NCBI GenBank assembly: GCA_043228905.1
Contig: JBHGNT010000009.1
Location: 2,604,001 to 2,668,000 of the forward strand
Source: Azolla caroliniana
Taxonomy: Eukaryota; Plantae; Polypodiophyta
DNA: 64,000 nucleotides
Reading direction: 5' to 3'
Shown here: positions 41,632 through 54,300 of the stretch, in pieces
Position numbering within the stretch: position 1 is the stretch's first letter
How the letters are laid out: each line of letters begins with the position of its first letter
Position numbers and translations under genes: made by a program
Notes under the pieces: generated by a model
The model's database searches: none
Seen by the model: only the letters and a program-made list of their open reading frames with translations
Told to the model about the DNA's origin: nothing

Positions 41632-44540
41632 TTTTTCCAAAACAAATATCCTTCCATTAGTTGTATAAAAAGGTTCATAACAACTACAACATACAAAGTT
41701 TTCCCCCAGCCCGTCTTGTGAAAGACACTGGTCGAGGAAACAAATCTAAAATAGAGAAAACAATCCACTAATTGTAAGTTATTCCTTAGACACAATGCAA
41801 GGTATCATATCCATAGACAACAACCAAAGTACTTATATTTGGAAACAAGCCCTCGCAGGTCATAGTTATGAACCTTTCAATATTTCTTCAACCTACTCCT
41901 GTCTATTGCAGATTTGAAGGCGATCCAATACATTATACTATCAACTCAACAAATATGCTTCCTCTTTCCACATCAACCATCTCGTTGGTTACCACCAACT
42001 TCTCATACATCACAAATTGGAAGGTGATCCAATACATTATACTGTCAACTCAACAAATATGCTTCCTCTTTCCACATCAACCATCTCGCCGGTTACCACC
42101 AACTTCCGGTCATACAACAACACATTAAGTCAATTTTCTCCTCTCCTCATGAGCTTATGCATCGGCCCCCACACCATCATCACTCATTCTTATAAAAAAC
42201 CTACAAATTGCTTCGTGAAGTTCACATCAACCATCTCGCCGGTTACCACCAAATTCCTGCACAGAGAGAATAAAATGTGTTTAAATTCCTCATCTTCTCA
42301 TGAGAATATGCTTCGGCCTCCACACCATCATCACTCATCCTTATCCAAACCATGAAAATTTCTTCATTAAGTCCACATCAATCATATCGCCGAATACCGC
42401 CAAAAATTGCTACACATACAACAATACAATGAGTCTTGTTTCCTCATCTCCTCATGAGAATATGCTTCGCCCCCCACACTCTCATCACGCATCCTTATAA
42501 AAAACATACATTCTTCTTCATCAATTCCACATCAAACAGCTCGCCAATTATTGCCAAAATCCTGTACATACCAACAATTAATGAGTCTAGTCTTCTCAAG
42601 AGACTATGCTTCAGCCCCCACACCACAATCACTCATCCTTATAAAAAAATGAATTGTGCTTCATAAATCGACATCAACCATCTCACTCACGCTGATTTAC
42701 CACCAAAATCGTGTACCTACAAAAACAAAGTGACACCACTCTCTTCATATGCTCATTAAATATGTTACAACCCTCAACACCTTCATCACTCATCCTTATC
42801 CAAAATTAGAAGATGCTTCATTTTCCACATCCAACATCTCACTCCTGTCACTCCACACGATTGCCCCTATCACATCCACCTCTTTTATGTCCTTCATGTC
42901 AAACTGTAAGTTAAAAAGAGTAAGAAGAAAAAACTATATACCTCACAATTATCTTTGAAATAAGAAAAGACTAGGAGGAGGGAATAGCCAACGTGATGGA
43001 GCATAATTCCAACGATCTTCATGTGATTCATCCAGCCATAGAGGTATTGGCCACCATATTTTACGAAGTTTTCACCTTTTCTTATGCACCTTTTCCGATG
43101 TTCCTTTAATACTATCATACTCTCCCTTAACTGTGTGCACAAAGTTGTCCCAAAACATCTTAATCATATCCACCACATTGTACTCAATGCCTTCATATTT
43201 CTTGTTGCAACGACACTTCCACCACACCCATAAAGCATTAACTGAAACAATATTCCAAACAAAAGAATTTCTAAAATATTTACCACCAACAATGTTTGGA
43301 CAGACTGCTTCAATTGTACTCTCTGACATACATAATGCTTCCGAGTATTGCTCCACCTCGTACAAAGATACCTGCACATTCAAAAAACCCTAGAAAACAG
43401 CCCCCCATGTAAAAACTGCTCCCTTATATTTACAAGAAAACATCCTCAATATTCTTCCCCAATACTTTTGAGCTACACTACAAGTACAAAATAAATGTTT
43501 TAAAGTTTCCTCCTGTACTTGGCAACATACAAAAAGATGATCATCGACTTGCCCTTTTAAATGAGAACCTATAGGTAAAGCATAATGAATCATTAACCAC
43601 TTAAAAGAAATTGCTCTCCGCATACATGGTAAAACCCATAAACTTTCCCAAAATGCCGCTATATATTGATGCGATATAGCACCTCATTCTCAACACTTTT
43701 GTGCAACAGGATTTACACAATGTCGTTGCATCAAAAAATGTCTCCCATATGCCACAGAGTATTGGAAAAAGGGGAGAATCCTACTCAATTGTTCATTTGT
43801 CGAGGAACAACCAACCAACCGTCATGCATAATTAGTTGGATCCCACTTAAGATGTGACGTTGGCTTACTTTGGAATACCCATATTTGTATTGCATGATCT
43901 GCCAAAAAAGGGCTCGGATCTAAGAAAATCTTCTTGTTTAACTAAGCAATAACCCTAATGGGTTTTTCGGAGGCTAGCCGCATAACTTCAGCTTCTTCAT
44001 CCACTAAATATAAAATACCATCATCGCGAACCTCATAAAATCTTATTTGACCCTGATTAGCATAAGCCCGAGCACCTATTATAACACCCAAAGAAGAGAA
44101 AAGACCATACCATGTATAAGTATTAGCCAAATTATGTTGCATTTGACTATTCTGAAAAGCTTGTTGAATCTGCTCAAACATCAAACAACCCCCACGCAAG
44201 GAAGATAAGAATTGGTTTTGTTCTCCTCCAAGAGCATTTGAAACCGCTCCCAAGCAGCCATAGAGGTAGCTGGTCTTGAGTCCAGTTTTCCCCACGATAA
44301 ATGCGGTCTAATTCCTAAAACACATAAACATAGAGCTATCTGTAAACAAAGGATTTTGTAACAATGGTTGCCTTAAAAATTGGGCTTCTGTCGCAGGAAG
44401 TTGAAATAAGAGAGCCTCTCTAATGTCCTTCCATGCCCTCAAAATACCTATAAAGAATCTCATAGAACCAACATTATGAGCCTTAATTGGAAATTCAAAG
44501 TTAAAGAACCATCGAAAACTATCTTGCCACTATCCTCCTA
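41632..44540 (-). mobile_element. L1-like LINE insertion with 17-bp TSD and internal tandem array
   Basis: TSD ttggatcatgcttgttt at 41615-41631 and 44541-44557. zf-RVT CCQVQEETLKHLFCTC and ALWVWWKCRCN. Poly(A) at the left end. Confidence 0.85.
41915..42870. repeat. degenerate tandem array of about 150-bp units (about 5) preceded by a 104-bp-period duplication
   Basis: catgagaatatgcttcg-like anchors at 42148, 42299, 42453 and 42597. Recurring cacatcaaccatctc and cactcatccttat. Confidence 0.75.
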
Positions 44541-44669
44541 TTGGATCATGCTTGTTTATAAATATTCATGTTTGAATTGTTTCATATAGCGGTTGTTACA
44601 TATATGGTATGTTGGCTAATGCATAGAGAATATTGGGTATTATTCAAACATGTTTTGGGACTTACTTTT

Positions 44670-45580
44670 ACAAAAAAAATAATCCAAAATGAAGCTACTT
44701 TCACATTAGTTAGGAATGATTATTACAAAGAGATTATACAAGGAGGCTTATACAAAAATCAAGGAATCTCCCTCTAATCAAGTTCAAGAAAATGAGGCTA
44801 CTTACATAGCCTTTCGAACTAACTACATAATGTAAGTAGATACCTATAACTAAAAGCGGTGCCCTTCAGTGTCGGCTAGTACGAGCTGACTCTTGGGCCT
44901 ACAACGAAGGGAGGGTGGCATGTGAGTAGGAAACAACCAGCGTTGGGGTTGGTAGTTCCACCTCGGGCCACTTCCTCCTTGCGTCACCATAGGCGTGTTT
45001 CGTCATTTCTGCCAAAAGCGCAAATGAGCAGTGACCACGTCATTGGAGTGGCTGCAAACCTCGTCCAATTGCCCTCGTAGGCAACTGATAAGCGCGAACC
45101 ATATATCACTTCCTCCAGGGGGTCGTACCAGATCTTGGAAGACCTTTAGGAAACATGCTTTCCATACATACCACAAGGTGAAGCCTGCAATCAACATCCA
45201 AATTTTCGGGAACCTAGGGGATGCGGACTGCAAGCCTTTTTCAAAACGAATCTTGAGGATTTTGCCTCTCATGCATACATAACACCAACTATACGCGTTG
45301 AAGGCATCCGTTCACCTATCAACTGAGTGATCAATCCATGCCGCAACGCTCCACGATGTTGTTCCTTCCATTTCACATGTCGCAAGGAGGCGAGTCACTC
45401 TATCCCATACCTTTTGAGCTTGAGGGCAATCCCACAGACAATGTCTCAGTAGGTGAAAAGCAAAGTGGGCAACCTATCGGGCCGCCACATTTACCTAGGC
45501 ATTTGCCAACGGGAACCACATTATGACCGATTTGCCACCAAAAGAGCTTGATCTTTTCAGGCATGTGGAGACGATAGAGA
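44670..45580 (-). mobile_element. L1-like LINE 3' fragment
   Basis: PEKIKLFWW (start of zf-RVT), TLWYVWKA and RWLFPTH C-terminus. Confidence 0.7.
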
Positions 45581-45745
45581 CCCTTATTTTTACAATTTTA
45601 CGTGGAACATCTTATTTTCCAGCAATAAAGATGTATCATTCTAACTTCTATTAAGTCTTGATTTATAACTAAATCATGATAGCACAACATTAGACACAAT
45701 TATTTCATGTAAAATATAGGCTTATCATAATTGTGTAAAACCTTT

Positions 45746-45827
45746 ATTCCTCAACTTATATACTTGTATAGCCTTTTTGTAAAAATGTCTCCTAACTAAT
45801 GGGAAAGTAGCTCCTTTTTTGGAAAAC
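45746..45827 (+). mobile_element. 82-bp extremely truncated L1 3' end with 17-bp TSD
   Basis: TSD aattgtgtaaaaccttt at 45729-45745 and 45828-45844. Terminus aactaatgggaaag..ttttggaaaa. Confidence 0.75.
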
Positions 45828-46021
45828 AATTGTGTAAAACCTTTGAAGTGAAAAGAAGATTATCTAGATGACAAACTTAGGAGGCTTTTCTTTTAAACAA
45901 CTTGGGAGAACCATTATTGGGAAGCTTCAGAGGCTTAAGCCAACGCCCCTCAAACACAATAGTACAATCAAGATGAGGTCTCTCACATGCCATTTCGATA
46001 AGACATCATCACAAAAATTAC

Positions 46022-46826
46022 GTTTTTTTTTTCCAAAAAAAGTCTCCTTCCATTAGTTATAAAATTTTACAGATGAGAATGTTATATACAAATCCCCGTA
46101 GGAACGTGATAGTTCCATCTTATATGGAGGCCCACTAACTCAAGAAAGGGAGAGGACGACAATTGTTGGATGAAGGCTAATCGTTGTCTTTTGACTCTAT
46201 CGAATCTGCCCGTGAGGCCATCATATTGGCTCTTTAGAGTGCCTACAAGTTCACTCCATATCTCCTACAATAACACTACTTGATGTGTGGTTTGATTGGA
46301 AAATACCCATCTACACCGTTGTTTTCAAAGAATCCAAAGAGCTATTCGGCACAAAAATTAAGTTTTGTCTCTATTAAGAGTTTGTTAATGTTCATTTCTC
46401 GAATAAGCAAATCTCAAGTTGTGTTGGACTTGGTCAACCCAATAACTCTTTGGATTTTATGGAAACAACGATGTAGACGGGTCTTCTCCAACCAAAGCGC
46501 GCAACCAATAATGTTAATGCAAGAGATATGGAGTGAAGTTGTAGCCACTCTAAAGAGCAAATATGATGGCCTCAAGGGCAACTCCGATAGAGTTGAAAGA
46601 CAATGACGAGCCTTTATCCAACAATGGTCGTTCTCTCCCTTTCTTGCCTTTTCTCTCTCACTTTCACGTTCTACCTTTACCCAACATATCATAGTAATCA
46701 GAAATGCTTTATATGGGCATCCACATAAGATGGACCTATCGTGTCCCTATAGGGATTTGTATATAATAATCTCATTTGTAAAATCTTTATAACTAATGGA
46801 AGGAGTTTTTTTTTGGAAAAAAAAAA
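46022..46826. mobile_element. two inverted, 5'-truncated copies of the 38046-type L1 3' end
   Basis: 46022-46345 (-) and about 46405-46826 (+) both match about 38050-38390. Poly(A) tails point outward. Confidence 0.8.
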
Positions 46827-48978
46827 GAAACAAAGCTACACAACCCATATTGTTTTAGTATGATTGGTCACTTCTTCTTTTTTACATTTTGTTTTCTTCT
46901 TCTCTCAATGTAAGGTGGTATAACAAGATGTTCATTTACAAGATGAAAGTCTTGTCCATGCAAGTCTTTTATATTGATTACTTTGTTATGAACTTGTTGT
47001 ACAACCAATTTGGTTTGATTTTGAATATTATGGATGTGCATGATCCATCTCAAACACAACTCTGAAGTAAGAAAGCATATCACATGTTGGGGTTTGAATA
47101 TGGTTTGACCTTTAGTTGCGTTATTCACAAAATCCTAAACTTAATGACAAGATCACTCAACGAACATTAAATTCTTTTGTGTGTATGATTTGATGCTTAA
47201 AGTTTATCTGAAATGGTGTATTAGGAATCTTTGGACTTATTTTTAGGTTACTTGTTTTACAAAGAGAAGTGGAAACCAATCAAATGATGGTTACAACTTA
47301 CCAGAGTGCACAAATTCTACACTTTGTGGTATTTGTCAAAAATAGTATCCCCCATATTCGATTAAAAAGACCCACTTATAAGGTACTCAAAATTCTCAAG
47401 CAATGTGTACATTTTACCACACGTACCTCATATTCTTATTCCATGTAAATTATGTTATGCTCTTCTTAATATGGTTAGGTGGAAGAAAAACACTAAATAT
47501 GCATAAGGAAATCGGCTCATCTTCCATCCTTTTATTGTATTGCTCAATATTTCTTGTATTCACCCTTAGTCATTTCCCTATTATTTGTTTTCTTCAGCAT
47601 ACTTTCTCAACCCACCTTGTACGAAGTGCGAATGTAATGTTTTCCCATCCTTCCTCAACCTACGTGTAGAATCACCTTCATCTATGAAGAACAACGATCT
47701 TCACAAGTATCGTTAATATATGATAGGGACATGCACATCAAATTATGTGTACTTTTTATTGCTAATCACAAAACATCGTTGGACTTAGCCTTTACTACTT
47801 GATCTAACGACCGACATTGAAGCATATAAGAAGTATGATGCATTCTCCACCATCCAACACCCATATCATGGTTTATATTATCATAGTATAGCTTCAACCT
47901 TCAATGGCATTATGTGTTGATTGGGATACATGTTCTTTTGTTGTCAATCACAAAAGTTTGGGGGGTTAGCTTTCCATGAGATAGGATGACACAAAAGTAC
48001 ATGAGAAACGTTATGCATTCCCAATTGTTAACACTCATATCATGCCTCAAGTTAATGTATTGAGATCATTTCAAGGATTTGCTACTACTTGAGAGAAAAA
48101 CATAATGAAATGATAATGCCATGGTATCAAAATTAATCTTGTAAAAATTTGTATACACTTTGAGAACAATGAATAGCTTACTCCATAGTTAATGTGACAA
48201 TGACTATTTTTTAATGAATTAAGAAAATTGATGGTTGCAATTTCTCACATTCGACACATCAGTGGGCCTATTTTGGACTTAATGACTAACCTAATACATT
48301 GCACATGTAATTATTGAGGAGGCATTGAATCCAAAGGTAGACCCATCATATGATGATCAACACCACAATTAAAAAAATAGTGGTGATATGTTGGGTTAAT
48401 TGGTACATAACGGGCTAGCTACCCTTTTGGTCACATTAGTAATTTTCTCTTGTTGCAAGGTTGGTAAGGCTCATCATTGATATCCACCAATTTCCAAGCT
48501 ACATGTATATGCGTCCCTTCACTATAGGTTACTCATATGTGCCATGATATGTTCACATGCAAGTCATATACACTTCACAACTTGGGATGTTGAGTCAAAT
48601 GGAATACTTGCTTTTAAATAGAAATATGTACACTTGCGTTCATAAGTCAAGGTACTTGCATTGTGTGTATGAACATTTCCCATATTTTACCTTTGGATTA
48701 ATAAGCACTAAAACACTTATAAAAGAAATAGGACAATATATCAATGTAAAATCAAAACCAACTTGAGTTTGATTTTTCGAAATGAGTGATTAATATACAT
48801 TATATTTTCATTATGTTCATTTTGGTAACGAAAATAAAGATGTCTTCATCAATATTGACGAGGATGTATGCTTAATTAATGGGAGTTTTCATATTTTTGT
48901 ACAGTTAGTAGGATAATTGCATAGTGATTTGAACATGTCATCCTTAGTGGCTTATAAATGCCGTACAAGAGGATTTCA

Positions 48979-51363
48979 TTATTTTGCAAACATGCTCTTA
49001 TCTCCACACTTTCCACAAAATGGTAAATGGTCCTCTTGTAATGCCTTAATCTTCCGTTTTATTTTTGCCTCTCCACTTATAGCAATAGCCATGTCATTCG
49101 GAAACATTGTACGCCATATGAACACATTGAGAACAGTAAAGATGCTAAGTGAACACACAATGATAGAAGATATTGCAGAAAGTAAGAGGGCAAGTCCTTG
49201 TGTAAATGGATTGTTTATCTTTTGAGAATAATGGATGGTTGCAATAGCTAATGCAGTCATTGGAAAGGTGTAAGCCCACCATGAAATCGTAAACCTATTA
49301 GAAAATGTCAACAAACAAAGATGTGAAAAATCATTACACAAAGGAACAACTCGAACAACTATTAAACCTCTTGTTTACGAATGTATAAAAGGAATAGTGA
49401 AATAGATGGACCTATGTCATTTTCCAAGGAAGAAAACATCATAAAGAAAGCAACAATAACTTGTTAAAACAAGCCTCACCATTTCCACAAATTTATTTGG
49501 TGTTCTTGTTGGTTATAAAAGAACAAGTAAATCTTCGTGTTGAAATATTGTCTATATTAACTTTCTAGGCTAGGTTTCTGGAGATTATTAATAAAAGGGT
49601 GGAATCATATTGAAAGATATTTGGCTCAAAGTGTATTCTTGTGCATGAATTCATCAAATACAATTTATGACCACGTTATAACCATGAATCATGAGTTTAC
49701 CTAAAGCCACAAAAAAGGTTGACTCGAACCACCTTCAAGAAGAAATCAATTAGATTAGTAATCTATCTCACACGTAAAAAGTATACTAGATTGTACATAC
49801 GTGCACAAACAAAATACCTATAAATGCACAGATGATATGATACCATATTCTTACCAAAGATGAGAGGAGGAATAAACCTACAAAGTAGGAAATTCTTGAA
49901 ACAATATCGAAGTCATCAACAATCTTGGCCCAAGCTACACTTGCAGTACTTGGAGCTGCAACAAAGAGGAAAAATACAGGATGGAGTTCCTTCGGGATAG
50001 TTGTAGTTGTAGGCAACCTTTGGTACAATGTGACAAAAAGTACCAAGTAATGTGCAAGGCCCACTGCCCAAAAGAATATGGCCACCTCTTTCCATCCCAA
50101 ACTAGCGGTAAGAAGCGCTCCAACAAAATTTCCAACAAGAGACAAATGTGTCGATGGATTTGCAACCTTTGAGAGTCTTCTTTCACCCCTAGATAGCCAT
50201 TGGCCATAAATCTTAAGCTCCAAGGCTAAAATGGGTGCCATGAAGTAAATCCATATTTGAGGATATATGGTTTCACTAATAGTTGGAGGAACCCCTAGAG
50301 TTAAGAACATGCACGTTATCCACGGTGCAAAGAAAAAATTGATGCGAACTGGATGGTGAAATTCACGTTGTACAGCTTCAAAGTAAAAGACACACTTCAT
50401 TGCATATATAAAAAATATGATGGTAAATGACATGAGAGCGAGACACCATAGCGTTAAGTTGATAAGACGTGGCACTGACATGAAGAAGTGTAATGAAGGT
50501 TCAAATGCTAAAGTTTTCCAAAGGATCGTTTGACTACCTAGACCCAAACATATTCCAAAGAATCCAATTGGAAATCTAAGAAGAAATGGCCATTTCTTAT
50601 CTCTTGGGAGTACAATGTCTTCTGATTCCTGCATAACACATTCATATTAATGGCATAATGTTAATAAATTAACAACAAAGGTATTAAAGTTACAAATAGA
50701 TGGTATGGAATATTCAATTGAAATTCGATGGCATGACAAATGAAAAGTCACCTTCAATATTTCAAGCTCAGGTCCCTTGAGAGCATTCAAGAAATTATGT
50801 GCATCGAGCTCTAATATATTATGCATATTGTTCGTTCCTTCTTGCTTTGATCCAGGTCGTGCATTCCAAAAAGTTCTCTCTATATGCATAGTGTTTGTCT
50901 TGAAGAAAGAATAATTGCCTTCATTAACAATTGGTTGTGGCATTGCATGAATTAACATATTTGGTTCTGTAGGATTGGCTTGAATGAAATGGTTACAATG
51001 TCCACAAGAAGGGGCATAGTGATGTGTGCAAAGGCTAGTTTCATTTGGACTATGAGTTGAAGCCACATTGGTTATTAACATAGGAGAATAATGTGCATCA
51101 AATTGAGGAACAATTTTCTCATGATCTTCATGTGGCCAAGTTATAACTCCTTTATGATTATTACATCTCGAAGACATTATATTGGGATGAGGATAATTTC
51201 CTTTCTCAATGTCCTCATTTATTTTGGTATTACCTAGTACACCATCAATAACATTATGCAAAGCTTGTGGTTTTCCTTCTCCAACATGATCAATTGAACA
51301 CTTTGAAGCATGAACTTGTGCATTTATCGATTTTATAGTTTGATCTCTATTTAGGCACCCCAT
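48979..51363 (-). CDS. SLAC1: S-type anion channel, SLAC1/SLAH family, about 577 aa
   Basis: complement(join 51363..50752, 50628..49855, 49732..49701, 49294..48979). Motifs LKGPELE, WPFLLRFPIG, HPVRINFFFAPW, ANPSTHLS, YQRLP, LHPVFFLFVAAPS, WWAYTFPM (gate Phe) and FPNDMAIAI. In-frame upstream ATG at 51486 is an alternative start. Orthology within the family is uncertain. Confidence 0.88.
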
Positions 51364-54300
51364 AATTGGGAATAATGATTCACACCACCTAAGCAAAAAA
51401 GAGAAGTTTGAGCAATGAATCAAAGGTATTTGAGATGTTTTCCTCGATAGGGTGAGTATAGGATACTCCTTTGATGTGAAAATCATGTTAAATTGACAAA
51501 TTGTTATATCTCAAATAAGTTAACACATCAAGTGAAGCAGCTCCATCAATCATTAATTGTATCCTATATTGATAGTGTAGTACTACAGTACTACTTTACT
51601 TTGGACCACAATGTTCAACATGTATAAACTCATAATTTTATATGTAAGGTAGATCAAACAAATTACATAAGAAATAGGTGTAGAGGAAGCATCTAACTTA
51701 TAAACTCTTCTACCTTAAGAGCATCAAAGTAACTTCACCCGAAGTATATAGAGAAAAAGTTGACAAATTTTGGTTGAAACATACATGGTACTCATTACTT
51801 GATATTACTATTATATGGTATACTTGTTAAATACTATTTATGTATATGTGTGTGTGTGGGTATGAATGAATGAAGGAATGAATAGTTACATCCTTATATC
51901 ACCTTGAATGAATCATCATGTGAATTAACTAAAAACCATATGAAAGCAAATGGCTAAAGTGCAAAGAAATGATTCATAATGTAGAGAAAGAATCCAAATG
52001 AAAATTGAGTTGGTTGATAAATCACTATAAATGGAAACCCTAAAGCAAGAGTAGATTAGTGATATGTTAAGAAACTCTAATGCGACAGGTGATTGATTGT
52101 GTGCTTAATATCAAATGAAGGGTGGACTAATGATTGATTAAGGATCCCTCATCATGCGATCAAGAGAAGATTAGTGATCGATTAAGGAGTCCAAATAAAT
52201 ATGCAAGAAGAGAGTGGATTTATGGATTAATGAGGTGGTGGCATGCTAAGCCAACAATTTGGGTGGATTAACATAACACAAAGATGAGGCATTCATATAA
52301 TGAGAAGTATGATGAGGTACATCAGGAACACAATGAAAATGTGAAGATTTTGATATACATACTTGATAAGCAAGATCAATAATTAATTACCTCTTTATGA
52401 GCAAGTTAATGTGTGGTATGAATGAGAAAACAATTAAACAACCTTAGGTTTTTATAGACGTTATAATAGCTCACACATGACCAATCCCCACATGTTTGCC
52501 CCACCATTTTTAAGTAAGTCCTTTTTACACCACCCAGTGCCTCCAAGTCCTTAGGATCAACAAGACTATTATAAACTTTGTTGTCTATATACATTACATC
52601 GCTTCCCTTATAGGTATATTATCAAATATATTTATGTGTGTGTGTTTGTGAGTGTTCATATGTATACTACATTGTTCTCACTCAGTTAGCGTTGACACAA
52701 ATAGCTAAGCTTCATGTACTTTGCACTTCCAATATTTGAAGAGTTTTGCCTTTAAATTTTAGAAGAATCACATGTCATTAAAAAGAAACATCTTGAGACT
52801 ACCATTGAATCATCATACGTTTTGGAGCATTTTAAAAAAAGAAAGATTGGGATATATGTGAACATAAGCCATGTCGACATACTAAAATCAAGGTTTAATA
52901 CATTTTCATAGCATTCTTGTTTTCTATCACTGAGCAAGTTCCACTAAGATTTAACTACATCATGAAAAAACAATATTAAATGCTATAAATTCCAGGCTCA
53001 CATACCATGAAAAAGGATTAGGATGTAAATGTAAACATTGATTAAATATAGGATGTAAAAGAGAAAATTATTATATTACCATGGAAAGTTCCACTTTTTT
53101 TATAGAAAATAGAGAATTTCGATTAGTTGAGGTTCGTAAAATCCTTATTACTCATGACAATCTTATGGCTGCAGAATGCTAGTCACAACTTTAGAGAGAA
53201 TAAACCTAGAATAAACCTCTTTGGTTATTAAAACATGAAAACATGAGTGAGACAATGCCCAAACATATTTTAACTTTTAACCTAATAGCGATGATAATGT
53301 AGTGGGATGTAGATATTTTATCGCACAAAAAATAGGCCATTATTTCTCAATGTTTTTCCAATTTCAAGACAAAAGGATGGTAACTCACTTAGACCAACTT
53401 CGCAAGAAGTGCCATAAAGTGGGAGATTAAGACAAAACAAAGTTTTGCATAATTCAACGCATTGTCAGAAGTCTTGCACCATTTTAAGACGCTTTGGTTG
53501 GAGAAGCACCAAGTCTAATGGAGGAAAACATCAAGTTTGTGATTACCTATCAACAAAACTTGCTAACCCGAAGTTGATGCTCATTGAATATTTGAAAAAA
53601 ACTAAGTTGTAACAATCAGTTGCGCTTGTATTGCATCATGATATACCTCTATAACATGAATGATAAGGACATTGGCATACAACACATATTGCCACCCTCA
53701 TGTGGAAGATTGATACATACACACAAATGTATATTGGTGTTTGTATATACATATGTATACACACACTTGCCACTTTTGTATTAGAATAATATTATATTCT
53801 CAAATGACTAATTATGATCCAATCCCTTCATGACCATTATTAATCACCTTGCTAATGTTGATAATGGAGCTATTTTCATGTAAATGCATGCATAACTATA
53901 CCAATTTCTACAAATGGTCAATTGATAAGTGTTGATGGCTAAATTTTGTTACCTAAGATTAAAACTTAAAATAATCGATAAACCAATCAAATATCTAGAT
54001 TATAAGTATAGCTATATCTTTAATCTTAAATACTTGTATTATTTTCTTAGTAACATGCGTATATATAAAACCAAGTAGACCTGTATACATACTCACATCA
54101 TGCTCTTGAATGACACGCACCTCTCACTAATGATAAATGCATTAATTGTTTAGTCTAGTTGATATGACCACCACAAACATCAAGTAAAAATAAGACTAAT
54201 GCACTACAATATTATATGTTATCCTAAATCCGTGATATACTAATATATATCGTACAAAACATGTCAATATGTATGCAAATATACATTAGCATAACAAAGT

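Noticed and set aside
49294-49360. In-frame VVRVVP.. upstream of SLAC1 exon 4, mimicking the micro-exon
   Set aside because: Nearby AG acceptors put it out of frame or before a stop. The exon at 49732-49701 (VVRVNLFCGFR) fits the family motif and phases.
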